DNA from: a virus
Lineage: Duplodnaviria > Caudoviricetes
Strand: one strand, 5' to 3'
Length of the DNA stretch: 41,184 nucleotides
Virus record (IMG/VR): IMGVR_UViG_3300032283_000962
Location: 1-41,184 of that record
A program made the translations under genes and the position numbers. Under the pieces are notes generated by a model, which worked only from the letters and a program-made list of their open reading frames with translations, was not told the origin of the DNA and made no database searches. Shown one piece after another: positions 10,968 to 21,300 of this stretch (position 1 is its first letter; every line of letters starts with the position of its first letter).

Positions 10968-11995
10968 TATTGACCCTGACCTTGTTCTGGAACTCTGTTA
11001 TTTTCACCTGATCCAGCCGATAACATTGTTCTATTACCTGCAGATAATAATGAATTTCCTAAAGCAACTGTATTATCAAATGCTTCGGCCGAAAAATCTT
11101 TATTAGTAAAATATTCAATTTCTTTTAGATTGATTGTGATTGTAACAGCAGTGGGGGCACCTGTACCTCTATAGAACGAAGGAGTAGAGCCAGGTGAGTA
11201 ATTCACTGTCACATTTTCAATAACACACGGTTTAAATCTGTATAAAAATTCACTTGACGGAAATAAACTAACTGTGACCATACTTGGAAATGAAAAGAAC
11301 AATCCTATATCATCACTAACACCAGGTAGCATGTGATATTGAAAAGTTCGGATAATATTACGAATTATATTACTTTCATTGGCATCTTTCGGTGTCAATT
11401 TCCAAGTAAATGAATGTGTTTTAAAATTCGGTTTTTCGAAAAGAATTGTCTGATATGGATTTGGTGTTATACCATAATAAGCTTGTGCTGCTTTTCCAGC
11501 TTCACCTGCTAATGCAGTACCTACATTTAATGCAGTACCTTCTATTACTGCACCAGCTATAGATGCTATCCCGCCAAGCGTACTATTTGCCGGACCTAAA
11601 CCTGCTTTTGCTTCAAGACCTGCACCAATAGCAGGTGATAAATTAGTTTGGCCATAAGTTACAGATGTTGTATCTTTTAAAGCATCGGGAATAGGAAGTC
11701 TAATAGTACCTTCTGATCTTAAAAATGGTGAATTATTTATTGATCTTTTTTCATATGCTTGAAAAAGAAAAGACATATAAAACGGTGTTACACCAGTCAA
11801 ATCATTAGGAAATTCCTGTTGATCTTGGAATTGTCTTGCCATATCTTTTCTAGTACTATAAAGATTTACAGCATCACCTACAGCAAATGCTGCGCCTACA
11901 GCTACGGCACCAACAACCCCTGCTTGAATATACGGTGATGCTGATCTCGCGCCTCGGGCTGCTGTAACGATGCCTCGTACTAAAGCTGCGACCAT
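10967..11995 (-). CDS. gp48: Baseplate tail-tube cap gp48
   Basis: I.LPIP, NPY..LFE.P.F.TH.F.WKL.PK...E and CVIENV.VNY.P motifs. Confidence 0.82.
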   Translation of the reverse strand: MVAALVRGIVTAARGARSASPYIQAGVVGAVAVGAAFAVGDAVNLYSTRKDMARQFQDQQEFPNDLTGVTPFYMSFLFQAYEKRSINNSPFLRSEGTIRLPIPDALKDTTSVTYGQTNLSPAIGAGLEAKAGLGPANSTLGGIASIAGAVIEGTALNVGTALAGEAGKAAQAYYGITPNPYQTILFEKPNFKTHSFTWKLTPKDANESNIIRNIIRTFQYHMLPGVSDDIGLFFSFPSMVTVSLFPSSEFLYRFKPCVIENVTVNYSPGSTPSFYRGTGAPTAVTITINLKEIEYFTNKDFSAEAFDNTVALGNSLLSAGNRTMLSAGSGENNRVPEQGQGQ

Positions 11996-12012
11996 TATTA
12001 CTTTATCCTTAG

Positions 12013-12038
12013 AATAAATATTATTATTCTTATTTATA
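12013..12038. promoter_or_regulatory. Divergent late promoters: TATAAATA on minus (12031-12038) and AATAAATA on plus (12013-12020)
   Basis: Short intergenic gap between the divergent gp48 and gp4 operons; exact T4 late consensus on the minus strand. Confidence 0.7.
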
Positions 12039-12051
12039 CTGATAACCTAAA

Positions 12052-12483
12052 ATGGCAAAATATCTACAAGGCTTTTTCAAACCTTTAAACCCGCATAAAT
12101 ATAAAGGTAATCCAACTAATATTGTGTATAGATCAAGTTGGGAATTACGACTGATGTCTCATTTTGATGTACATCAAGATATTGTTTGGTGGTCATCCGA
12201 AGAGCATGTTGTTCAATATCGTTCACCAATTGATGGAAAAATTCATAGATATTTTCCTGACTTTATAATAAATACAAAGAATAAAGAAACGATTATGATC
12301 GAAGTAAAGCCTTTGGCTCAAACAATTGAACCTAAGAAACAAAAGACTCCAACTAAACGATATATTAATGAGGTATATACTTGGGGTGTGAATTCCGCTA
12401 AATGGCACGCTGCAGAAGAATACTGCAAGGATCGAAAATGGAAATTTCAAATAATGACCGAAAAGGATATTTATGGTAAATGA
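12052..12483 (+). CDS. gp4: Head completion nuclease gp4 (TnsA-like fold)
   Basis: F.P.NP.KYKG....IVYRSSWE, WSSEE, HRYFPDF, EVKP and N.AKW.AA motifs. Confidence 0.93.
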   Translation: MAKYLQGFFKPLNPHKYKGNPTNIVYRSSWELRLMSHFDVHQDIVWWSSEEHVVQYRSPIDGKIHRYFPDFIINTKNKETIMIEVKPLAQTIEPKKQKTPTKRYINEVYTWGVNSAKWHAAEEYCKDRKWKFQIMTEKDIYGK

Positions 12484-13079
12484 CAGCTTATATTTTTCAA
12501 CAGTTGTCGGAAAGAGGTAGAGCCGAAGGTATTAATGAAACCACTCGACGTAGAGATGCTAGAAAGTGGTTTCAAAATGCCGCACAAAAGGTATATAGAG
12601 TCAATAAAAATTTGATGTTAGATGATCGTGATAATTTGGTCGACTCGATTGATGTTGAATCAATTGGCAAAATGTATATGTTTTCATATGATCCAAAATA
12701 TAAAGAAACACTTCCTTACTATGATATGTTTCCTTTAGTATTTCCAATTGATCTAAGAAAAGATGGGTTCTTAGGTATTAATCTTCATTACTTACCGCCT
12801 GTTCTCAGAGCAAAGCTAATGAATGCAATATACCAGACAATCAATAATGATGCTTATAATGATACAACAAAACTTAAAATATCATATGGCATTCTAAGTA
12901 ATGCATCAAAATATCGTTATTTTAAACCTTGCATCAAACAATATCTTGTAACTCATGTCCAAAGTAGTTACCTAAATATTGAACCAACAAATTGGGATTC
13001 TGCTTTAATGCTACCAACAGAACAATTTAAAAAAGCAACCAAAGAACAAGTCTGGAAAGATTCGAGAGGCGTGATCTGA
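12480..13079 (+). CDS. gp2: DNA end protector gp2
   Basis: GKMYMF.YDPKYK.TLPYYD.FPLV, GFLGINLHYLPP..R and PCIK.YL motifs. Confidence 0.93.
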   Translation: MTAYIFQQLSERGRAEGINETTRRRDARKWFQNAAQKVYRVNKNLMLDDRDNLVDSIDVESIGKMYMFSYDPKYKETLPYYDMFPLVFPIDLRKDGFLGINLHYLPPVLRAKLMNAIYQTINNDAYNDTTKLKISYGILSNASKYRYFKPCIKQYLVTHVQSSYLNIEPTNWDSALMLPTEQFKKATKEQVWKDSRGVI

Positions 13080-13816
13080 TGGCTGGATTTAATATAGCGG
13101 AATTCTCATCAAAAATTAATGAACGTGGGACAATACAAAATAACAAATTTTTGGTAAAAATTAGTAAACCAACCGGTAGTACCCCCGATTTTTTCTTAAA
13201 TCCGTATAAAGAAGAGGATTTGATTTTTAGAGCGGCTTCAATCGAAATTCCAGGAGTGTTGTTCGAAAGTACAAATTCTCATCGTTATGGTATTGGTCCA
13301 CAACAAAAAACTCCTAGAAATCCAAATTTTAATGATATATCTATTTCTTTTATTGAGGATGAACGAAATGCAATATGGAAATTTTTTAGTAGTTGGATAA
13401 ATCAAATATTTAATTTTGATTCAGATCGCATGTATGTTGCCCGTTATAAAAGTGAATACATATCGCCTAATTTTGAAATTGAAGTATCTAATAATAAAGG
13501 AATTCCTGTCAACTCTATAATATTGACTGAAGCCTTCCCAAGTTCTTTAGGTAATGTGAGTTTATCATGGAACGATAAAAATAATCTCATGATGGTTAAA
13601 GTTGGATTTTCCTTCACCGATTGGTATTGGCAAGTACCAGAAATTGAAGCACGAGGTTCACGACAACGACCAGTAATAAATACAACACCTGGTTTGACAA
13701 CTAATAGGGTTGTACCTACACCAAATCCAGGGTCACCTAATCCTTATTCACCGGAAAACAATACAAACGTATCTCCTGATGGGATGCTTTTTGGCCCCGG
13801 TGGACTATCAGGCTAA
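13079..13816 (+). CDS. gp54: Baseplate tail-tube initiator gp54-like
   Basis: Tube-like fold motifs (IEIPG, F..WIN.I, L.EAFP.SLG.V.LSW, V.FSF); lies between gp2 and gp26. Confidence 0.7.
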   Translation: MAGFNIAEFSSKINERGTIQNNKFLVKISKPTGSTPDFFLNPYKEEDLIFRAASIEIPGVLFESTNSHRYGIGPQQKTPRNPNFNDISISFIEDERNAIWKFFSSWINQIFNFDSDRMYVARYKSEYISPNFEIEVSNNKGIPVNSIILTEAFPSSLGNVSLSWNDKNNLMMVKVGFSFTDWYWQVPEIEARGSRQRPVINTTPGLTTNRVVPTPNPGSPNPYSPENNTNVSPDGMLFGPGGLSG

Positions 13817-13855
13817 TTCTGCAAATTTTGCTATTTTTAACATTGGAGTTATATT

Positions 13856-14566
13856 ATGCCACTACCTAAAATTAAACACCCAATTCATGAATTCACAATC
13901 CCATCAACAAGAAAAAAAGAACTTTTCAGACCTTTTCTTGTTCGTGAGGAAAAGATTCTTTTGATAGCAAAAGCATCGGGTGATCAAGCTGACATTCTAA
14001 GAGCAGTCAAACAAGTTGTGAATAACTGTGCTATCAATAAATCATTTGATATTGATAGGATTGCTATCTTTGATGTTGAATATTTGTTTCTACGACTTAG
14101 AGCAGTTTCGATTAATAATATGGTTAAAGTTTCATATATCGACAATGACGATAAACAAGTATATGATTTTGAAATTGATCTTTTAAAAGTCGATGTTAAG
14201 TTTCCGGAAAATATTGAACAAGTCATCAAGGTTGATGATAAGATAGCTATTGTAATGAGACACCCGCCAGCATCTTTATTTGATGATAAGGATTTTGCTA
14301 ATTCTGGTGAAGATGCTTTCTATGAACTTATCCTACGTTGTATTGATAAAATCTATGAAGGCGATGATATTTTTGATCCTGCAGATTATAGCAAAGAAGA
14401 AATAGAAGAATTCTTAAATGAATTAGGCGTTGAAGTATTTGAAAAAATTCAAGCATTTATGTCTAAAATGCCAAAACTCTATCATCGCATTGAATATAAA
14501 AACAGAAATGAAAAAGATAGGGTAATTGAGCTGACTTCGCTCACCGATTTTTTTATGTTGGGCTAA
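13856..14566 (+). CDS. gp26: Baseplate hub assembly protein gp26
   Basis: MPLPKI..P......IPST....FRPFLVREEKILL, D.EYLFL.LRA.S, and C-terminal L.DFF. Confidence 0.92.
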   Translation: MPLPKIKHPIHEFTIPSTRKKELFRPFLVREEKILLIAKASGDQADILRAVKQVVNNCAINKSFDIDRIAIFDVEYLFLRLRAVSINNMVKVSYIDNDDKQVYDFEIDLLKVDVKFPENIEQVIKVDDKIAIVMRHPPASLFDDKDFANSGEDAFYELILRCIDKIYEGDDIFDPADYSKEEIEEFLNELGVEVFEKIQAFMSKMPKLYHRIEYKNRNEKDRVIELTSLTDFFMLG

Positions 14567-14739
14567 GTCATAATACATTAGAAAACTATTATATTTCATT
14601 ATTTTCATTAGTTCAACATCATAAATATTCAATTGCAGATGTTGAAAATTTAATGCCTTTTGAACGTGATATCTTTGTTGAAATGCTCCTACAATATCTG
14701 AAGGAACTTGAAGAACAAAGGAAGCGTAATAATGTCTGA
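14548..14739 (+). CDS. gp51: gp51-like hub assembly catalyst in the -1 frame of gp26, with no start codon of its own
   Basis: Read by hand: ..YVGLSHNTLENYYISLFSLVQHHKYSIADVENLMPFERDIFVEMLLQYLKELEEQRKRNNV*, matching the L.QHHKYS..E.E.M.P.ER pattern of gp51. The frame opens after TGA at about 14527-14529. Confidence 0.8.
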   Translation, partial: FFYVGLSHNTLENYYISLFSLVQHHKYSIADVENLMPFERDIFVEMLLQYLKELEEQRKRNNV

Positions 14740-15031
14740 TAAAAATATTGATAACAGTATTTTAAATCAACAGTTATCAATACAAAATGAACACTGGGTT
14801 AAGCAATATTGGCGACCATCAATGGGTTGGCTTTATATGGCAATGTGTGCATTTGATTTCATAATCTTTCCTTTGATTATGATGTTTCTGCCTGTTTTTA
14901 CTCACACACCATATACTAAATGGGAAAGCCTGACCCTTTCAAATGGTGGGCTTATTCATTTATCATTTGGTGCTATTCTTGGTGTTTATGCTTTTAGCAG
15001 AAGTCAAGAAAAAATGACAGCGAGTAGATAA
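14732..15031 (+). CDS. 3TM holin-like membrane protein
   Basis: WRP.MGW.Y...C.FDF plus hydrophobic helices and GAILGV...R..EK; probable ATG at 14732 overlaps the gp51 stop. Confidence 0.65.
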   Translation: MSDKNIDNSILNQQLSIQNEHWVKQYWRPSMGWLYMAMCAFDFIIFPLIMMFLPVFTHTPYTKWESLTLSNGGLIHLSFGAILGVYAFSRSQEKMTASR

Positions 15032-15036
15032 TAATA

Positions 15037-18000
15037 ATGGCAAGAAGATCTCTCCCTAAATCTACAAGGTTAGCTAATATAGCTTCAAAAAGACCTAAAA
15101 AGGCTCGGCGTATACTCGGTAAAGAAACATTAAAATTAGGTAGCAAAGCCTTCAATAAAATGTTTCCACAACTAGGAAAATTAATGGGTGGAGTATATGG
15201 TAAATCTAGTGGATCTTCATCGGAGTCCAATGATTTATCAATTCAAATGTATAATAGTAGTTTTAGTGAAATATTAGAAAATCAAAATAAACAAAACGAT
15301 ATTCTAAATCAAATTCTACAACAAATAAAAAATTCAAATAATTTTTCTGGTAATAATGGTGGCGGAAATGATAATTCACCGTTTAGTGGTAATTATAAAC
15401 CGAGACCGAGAAACACGCCAACGACAGATGGTCCTAGAATACCAGATGTACCAAAAGTACCACCTGTAGAAGCGCCAGATAGAATACCACCGGTTCCTGA
15501 TGCTCCCAATAAGGCTCCACAGTCAGTCGATTCAGCAACGAGAGCACCAATAGTAACCGAAGCTCCAGCAAGAGTACCGACTGTTGATACACCAACGGTT
15601 GATGCTAGAATCCCAAATGTAACGTCTACAACTGCTTCATCTCCTCCTATAACATCTGAAGCAGCTACAAGAATTGCTCAATCACCAGTTTTATCTTCGA
15701 CGCCTCCCCCTCCTCCAATAACACCTGATGCTGCCGCAAGAATTGCTCAATCGCCAGGTTTACCTTCAACACCACCTCCTCCTATAACATCTGAAGCAGC
15801 TACAAGAATTGCTCAATCACCAGTTTTATCTTCGACAGCACCTCGGGTAGTGCCGCCTCCGACAGCTACACCAATACCGGCTGCACCAGTAGATGCACTA
15901 AAACCTATTGATGTATCTGCAGCACCAGCAAGACCTATTGATGTACCTAGACCAGTAGATGCCCCTGAAGCGTCAGCAAGAACAAGAATGTCAGTACTTT
16001 CTGAACCAAATAACGAGTCAAGACCTAGAATTCCACCAACTTTTGATGCTGTGCCACCACCGCCGACACCAGCAGCAACACCAGCACCACCGGCTGCACC
16101 AGTAGATGTTTCCAGAACACCTATACCTGGTGGTCCTGATGCTTCTAGAGTTCCTCCGGCTGGAACAGCCGAAACTAGAACTTCAGATACATCTACACAA
16201 CCGAGAAGTTTTGTCGCTAACGCTGGAGATGTGATACAACAAGCTCAAAAGGGATCATTAACTGCCGCTGGAATTGGAGCTTTTATTGGAGCAGGTGCAG
16301 GAACAATAACTGGGCAAAATCCTACATCAAGTGCAATTGCAGGGGCTTCAGCTGCAGCAACAACTGTCGTATTAAGTCAAGCCGCAGAACAAACTATTAA
16401 AAGAATGGTTAGAGAGACCACAATAGGTGTTGCGGTAAAAAAAATCCCATTTGCAGGTTTATTGGCTGGACTTTATTTTTCTGCAGATCGCGCATATGCA
16501 GGTGATTGGGTTGGCGCAGGATTAGAATTAACATCTGGTGTTGCTGGAACTTTGGGTGGTGTTACATTCGGCGCCGGTACTGCGGCATCTGTTGCAATAG
16601 ATGTTGGACTACTAACCAGAGACATATATCAAGCTCTTTACCATAAATTTCCTGAAGATGAAATAGATCCATCTGTAAGAGATGCTAATATGGCCGCAAT
16701 AGGAACATCAATTACAAAAGCATTTAATGATTTTATTAGCAGTGCACCAGCACCACAAAGACCCGAGTTTAATGAAGAAACTCGTGAAAAATTAATGGCT
16801 ATCTATCAAGCTGCCCAAGGTGAAGGTGAAAGAGCACAAGCATTGCGTAATATAATCGGTGAAGATGTAATAGCCGGATTAACACTATTATTACGCCAAA
16901 ATACAAATCGTAATGGTAGACAAAATAATGCAGCAAGAAATGGTATGGCAAATGTTTTAGCAAGAATTGAACCATTAGTAACACAAAGAAGTGCTCCATC
17001 TGCTAGAATGTTAGAAATTCCACCACCAGCACCACCACCATCGGAAACACCAAGTACACCAAATGAAAATACTAGTGATGGATCCGGAGGTGATTCAAAT
17101 GAAAATACTAGTGATGGATCCGGAAGTGATGCAGATGATGGTGGTCAATCCGGAGGTGATATAGATGATGCTTCATTAAAAGAAGCAGCAACACCAGAAA
17201 AACTTGAAGCAGTAATACCTAAATCAGAAAATAAAAATAAAGAAAATAATAATTTAGATGTAGATCCTGTTGATAAAAATTCTATGTTGTCTTTAACGTT
17301 AAAAGAATTTGAAAGAATTAATTTTGAAGCAAGACTTATTAAATTTGAAAGTACAGGATTACAATCTAAATTAACAGATACTGATATAGTACAAAATCGT
17401 AGTAGTGCTGGTGGTGGTTTTGCAGGTATAAGCAATATTTCTGGTTCTGCTAGAAATATTGCTGCTGGTGCAATGGGAAATATTACTACAGGTGATGGCC
17501 GAGCAACAAATGGGTCTGCAGCCAGAGCATTGGAATTTTTTCAATCTAAAGGTTGGTCATTAGCTCAAGCAGCAGGTATTGTTGCTAATCTAGATATTGA
17601 AACTGGTGGAACTTTTAATCCTGCAGCTGTTGGTGATGGTGGTAAAGCATATGGTATTGCTCAGTGGCACCCTGATAGACAAGCACATTTTCAAAGTTGG
17701 GCTGGTAGAAGTATCCGTGGCTCTACGTTTGAACAACAATTAGAGTTTGTGCAATTCGAATTAACAGAAGGTCGTGAGAAAAGAGCTGGTAATCGTATAC
17801 GTCAAACTACAACACCACAAGATGCCGCTGCTATTACCGATCAATTCTATGAAAGATCGGATGGTACTGCACGTGCACGACGAATTAGACGAGCTATTAC
17901 ATTAGCTGGCAATGCAGGACAAGATGCTACACAAACAAATCAAGCATCCAATACTGGCGGTGGTTCTGAACCACCACAAACTGCAACTCAAGCACCTTCA

Positions 18001-18333
18001 ACAAGTGGGGGAAATGGTGCTGCTTTATCACAAGCTAGTACAGGTGCACAAACCGATACACATAATCATGGATCATCGAGTGGGGGTCAAAATTCTGCAA
18101 CACCTGTAGAACCATCACCATCAACTGGAGCTGATTTAGCTCAAGCAGGTACTGATATGGTAGCAGGTGATCAAAGACAAGCATTGAATCCACAAGGAAT
18201 AATTAATAATAATGCACCACAATCACCAGTGCAACAATCAGAATCTTCCCAATCTAATCCAAGAGAACAAATGACATCAAATGAAATACCTCTTCGTAAT
18301 AGATTAGAATCAACATTTAGTTATAGATCATAA
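15037..18333 (+). CDS. Large virion protein with a C-terminal phage tail-lysozyme domain (tape-measure/hub-like)
   Basis: GWS.AQAAGIVANL..E.G..FNP.A.GDGG.AYGIAQW...R and TFEQQL.FV..EL motifs; Pro-rich and glycine-zipper segments. Confidence 0.75.
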   Translation: MARRSLPKSTRLANIASKRPKKARRILGKETLKLGSKAFNKMFPQLGKLMGGVYGKSSGSSSESNDLSIQMYNSSFSEILENQNKQNDILNQILQQIKNSNNFSGNNGGGNDNSPFSGNYKPRPRNTPTTDGPRIPDVPKVPPVEAPDRIPPVPDAPNKAPQSVDSATRAPIVTEAPARVPTVDTPTVDARIPNVTSTTASSPPITSEAATRIAQSPVLSSTPPPPPITPDAAARIAQSPGLPSTPPPPITSEAATRIAQSPVLSSTAPRVVPPPTATPIPAAPVDALKPIDVSAAPARPIDVPRPVDAPEASARTRMSVLSEPNNESRPRIPPTFDAVPPPPTPAATPAPPAAPVDVSRTPIPGGPDASRVPPAGTAETRTSDTSTQPRSFVANAGDVIQQAQKGSLTAAGIGAFIGAGAGTITGQNPTSSAIAGASAAATTVVLSQAAEQTIKRMVRETTIGVAVKKIPFAGLLAGLYFSADRAYAGDWVGAGLELTSGVAGTLGGVTFGAGTAASVAIDVGLLTRDIYQALYHKFPEDEIDPSVRDANMAAIGTSITKAFNDFISSAPAPQRPEFNEETREKLMAIYQAAQGEGERAQALRNIIGEDVIAGLTLLLRQNTNRNGRQNNAARNGMANVLARIEPLVTQRSAPSARMLEIPPPAPPPSETPSTPNENTSDGSGGDSNENTSDGSGSDADDGGQSGGDIDDASLKEAATPEKLEAVIPKSENKNKENNNLDVDPVDKNSMLSLTLKEFERINFEARLIKFESTGLQSKLTDTDIVQNRSSAGGGFAGISNISGSARNIAAGAMGNITTGDGRATNGSAARALEFFQSKGWSLAQAAGIVANLDIETGGTFNPAAVGDGGKAYGIAQWHPDRQAHFQSWAGRSIRGSTFEQQLEFVQFELTEGREKRAGNRIRQTTTPQDAAAITDQFYERSDGTARARRIRRAITLAGNAGQDATQTNQASNTGGGSEPPQTATQAPSTSGGNGAALSQASTGAQTDTHNHGSSSGGQNSATPVEPSPSTGADLAQAGTDMVAGDQRQALNPQGIINNNAPQSPVQQSESSQSNPREQMTSNEIPLRNRLESTFSYRS
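15643..15836 (+). repeat. Three in-frame tandem repeats of about 66-69 bp (PPIT.EAA.RIAQSP.L.ST)
   Basis: 15646-15701 is identical to 15781-15836; the middle copy is diverged. Confidence 0.9.
17062..17124 (+). repeat. Direct repeat aatgaaaatactagtgatggatccgga (NENTSDGSG x2)
   Basis: Two copies 36 bp apart. Confidence 0.85.
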
Positions 18334-18344
18334 GAGTAAAAAAT

Positions 18345-21300
18345 ATGGCAAAAAAACCAGTAGCACCAAAATTAGCAGATGTGGTCAACAGCCCTGAATA
18401 TAAAGGGATGAGTGATTCTGTAAAACAACAAATTGAAAATGCTTTGTTGGAAAGTAAAGGAAAGCCACCTTTACCAAAAACTAGTAAAAAAGCTATTTCT
18501 GCTGAGGAAATTCTTGCTAATCCTGCTATGGTTAAGGCCGTTAAAGAAAAAATTGGTGAAGAAGCAGCCGAAGATTTTATAAAAAAAGCTGATGAAAAAT
18601 CAAAGATTGATGATACCGATAAACCTATTGTCGTAGATAAGCAAAATAAAGTTAGAAAAACAAAACAAAAAACCAGAAAACAACAAGAGCTTGAACAACA
18701 AGAAAATACACAAAGATCACTGAAAGATTTTATCTTAGGTAAAGGCAGTAAAGCATTCAATAAAATGTTTCCACAATTGGGAGCATTGATGGGTGGTGTG
18801 TATCGTGGTGGTGATAGATCAGCAAATAATAATACAACTGCACAGACAAACACATTATCTAATGCAAGTGGCACTACTGCAATTTTATCAAGTATCATTG
18901 ATAGTCAAAAAACATCGGTAGATATATTACAACAAATACTAACGGCAATTAAAGCTACACCGAGAACACCACCACCAACAACTGGACAAAATCAAACACC
19001 ACCTCCGCCAGCTTCAAATCAAAATCAAACACCACCTGCATCAAATCAAAACCAAAGATCGTCTACAACACCACCGGTTACAGGCCCACGTGCTCAAATG
19101 AATCTTGGCACTGCGGCTGCTACAGTAGCAGGTGGCGTTGCTATTGCTGGGGCTGGTTATGCAGCTCAACAAGCTATTAGTGGATCAAGACAAGCCGAAC
19201 CTATAAGAAATGAGTCCGGAAATTGGTCTCGTATGGGTTCGGATGGCCAAGATTTTCTAGTTAGATATTCTAGCGTTGATGGAAAATTTACTCTTAATGG
19301 AAGAGAAGTCGATAGAGAAACTTATGCTAGATTTAGACAATTAACTCTACAACGAAATCAGCAAGATCCTAGATATGCACGATATCTAGAAGAAGAACAA
19401 AAAGGTGAGAATCCATTTTTTGCAGAAAGCAATGCTGAAAACAGGGTCAACCGAGAAAGATTGCGAGAAATAAGTGAATTGCTGCAACGCGTGGAAAGAC
19501 TTCCTCTAGCACCAGTGCCTGCAACTACACCAGCTATAAATGCGCCACAAGCATCACAAACATCTACAACACAACCAGCAGCTACACCTGCAGCTGCCCC
19601 TGGAACAGAATATGATATTACAACTGGTATGCCGATAGGAGCACCAGCTGCCACGCCAGTGGTTACGCCAAATGCTACGCCAGTAGCTACTCCTTCACCA
19701 TCAGCGACTACAGAACAATCTTCGAATGAACTTACTGATCAGCAAAAACAATTTGTTGATTATTTTTTGAGATATAATGAACTCCAAGACAACGAAGAAG
19801 CAAGATCTATTGCTGAATATATTGTCAAACGAAGAAATATGCCAGGAAGTTTGCCTAATATTGCTTCTCGGGATCTGAGAATATTAGTTTTTAATGAACT
19901 AAGAAGAAGAGCTGACCGAATGGGCGGAATGCTCATTGACAACAAACTGGTATTACCAGGTCGACCTCTTACGGCAGCTCAAATGTCCAGTATTGAAAGA
20001 GCTGGTGTTCAACATTACCCTCAATACGTTATTGATCAATATAATAGACAAAAAAGCGGAAATGCTACGCCAGAACCAGCATCAGAAACATCAACAGCAG
20101 CAACTCAACAGCAGATACCAGAAGGTGCAACACCGGTTAAGTCAAATGATCGGGTTGTTGGTTATATGCCCGAGGGTGGTGGTCCTACAGTAACATTTAC
20201 GGATGCTGACAGACAGACACTTGAAGGTGCTAGAACTCAACTTACAGGATCAGGATCAAGTGCAACAGCAGCTCAACCACAACAAGCGCAACGTGTTACG
20301 GAAGCTCGAACAACAGAAAATGTAAACATTCAAACTTTCAGAGAAAAAGATCCGGAAGGATTCCAAGAGTTTACAGATTTTGTGCGCAATAGACAAAGAG
20401 AAATAGTAAGAGAAGAAATACAAAAAATACCCGCAAATGCAGATCCTGTTTCTGCTTCAATGTATAGAACTTCAATTGAATCACAGGCCCGTAGTATTGC
20501 ACAACAAGAAGGTATTGAAAGATTTAAAGATAGATTAAATACTGCAGGTGCTAGATCATCACAAACAAGTATTAATGGTAATCCGATTACAGGTCCAGAC
20601 GCTACACCGGTGACTCCAGCTAATAATACTACACCAACACAACCGAGTGGTAGTATTAGAATGGGTAGGGAAATAAGTGAATCTTCAAGAATAGAAACAC
20701 CCTCACCAGCGGTATCAACATCTACTACACCAACAACAAACCCTGCAGCAGATCAAACTGAAAATTTAGCAACAACATCGCAACGTCTTGATGAGACAAA
20801 AGAAAGAATAACAAAAGCAGGAACAGATGTTGTTGCAGAAACAGAACAGCGTGGTATACCTACTGCATCAATTACACAAAGAATTACTAATGCGCAATAT
20901 AAAAGTGCAGAAAAAGATGATACTATTGATGCTACACCATTAAAATCTGCAAGTCAAGAAGCAGCAGAAGAAGATTTGAGAGAAAATCGTATTCTAAACT
21001 TCAAAGCTGATGAAATATTTTTCAAAGCTGATAAATTTGAATTTGAAGGCGGTGAAGAAGACGAACAAGATGCTAGTAAAACTACTAGTAATAATGCCGG
21101 TGGTGGAGGTGGTGGGGGTGCTGATGCAACTCCTGCACCAAATACTGCTTCTACCGCCAGTACCACCGCCGGTGGATCCAGCTCTTCTGCTGGCGGCGCT
21201 AATTCACCGACCGTATCAACCGGTAGTACTACTGGAGGAGGTGCTGATGCAACTGCTGCGCCTACTGATGCTTCTAGTGATACAGGTGGTGAAGGTATTA

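Noticed and set aside
12052-12483. Tn7 TnsA transposase
   Set aside because: The fold is shared, but the motifs and gp4-gp2 synteny identify the head completion protein.
18317-18898. 193-aa minus-strand ORF and other short ORFs opposite structural genes
   Set aside because: They are antisense shadows with no RBS or recognisable motifs.
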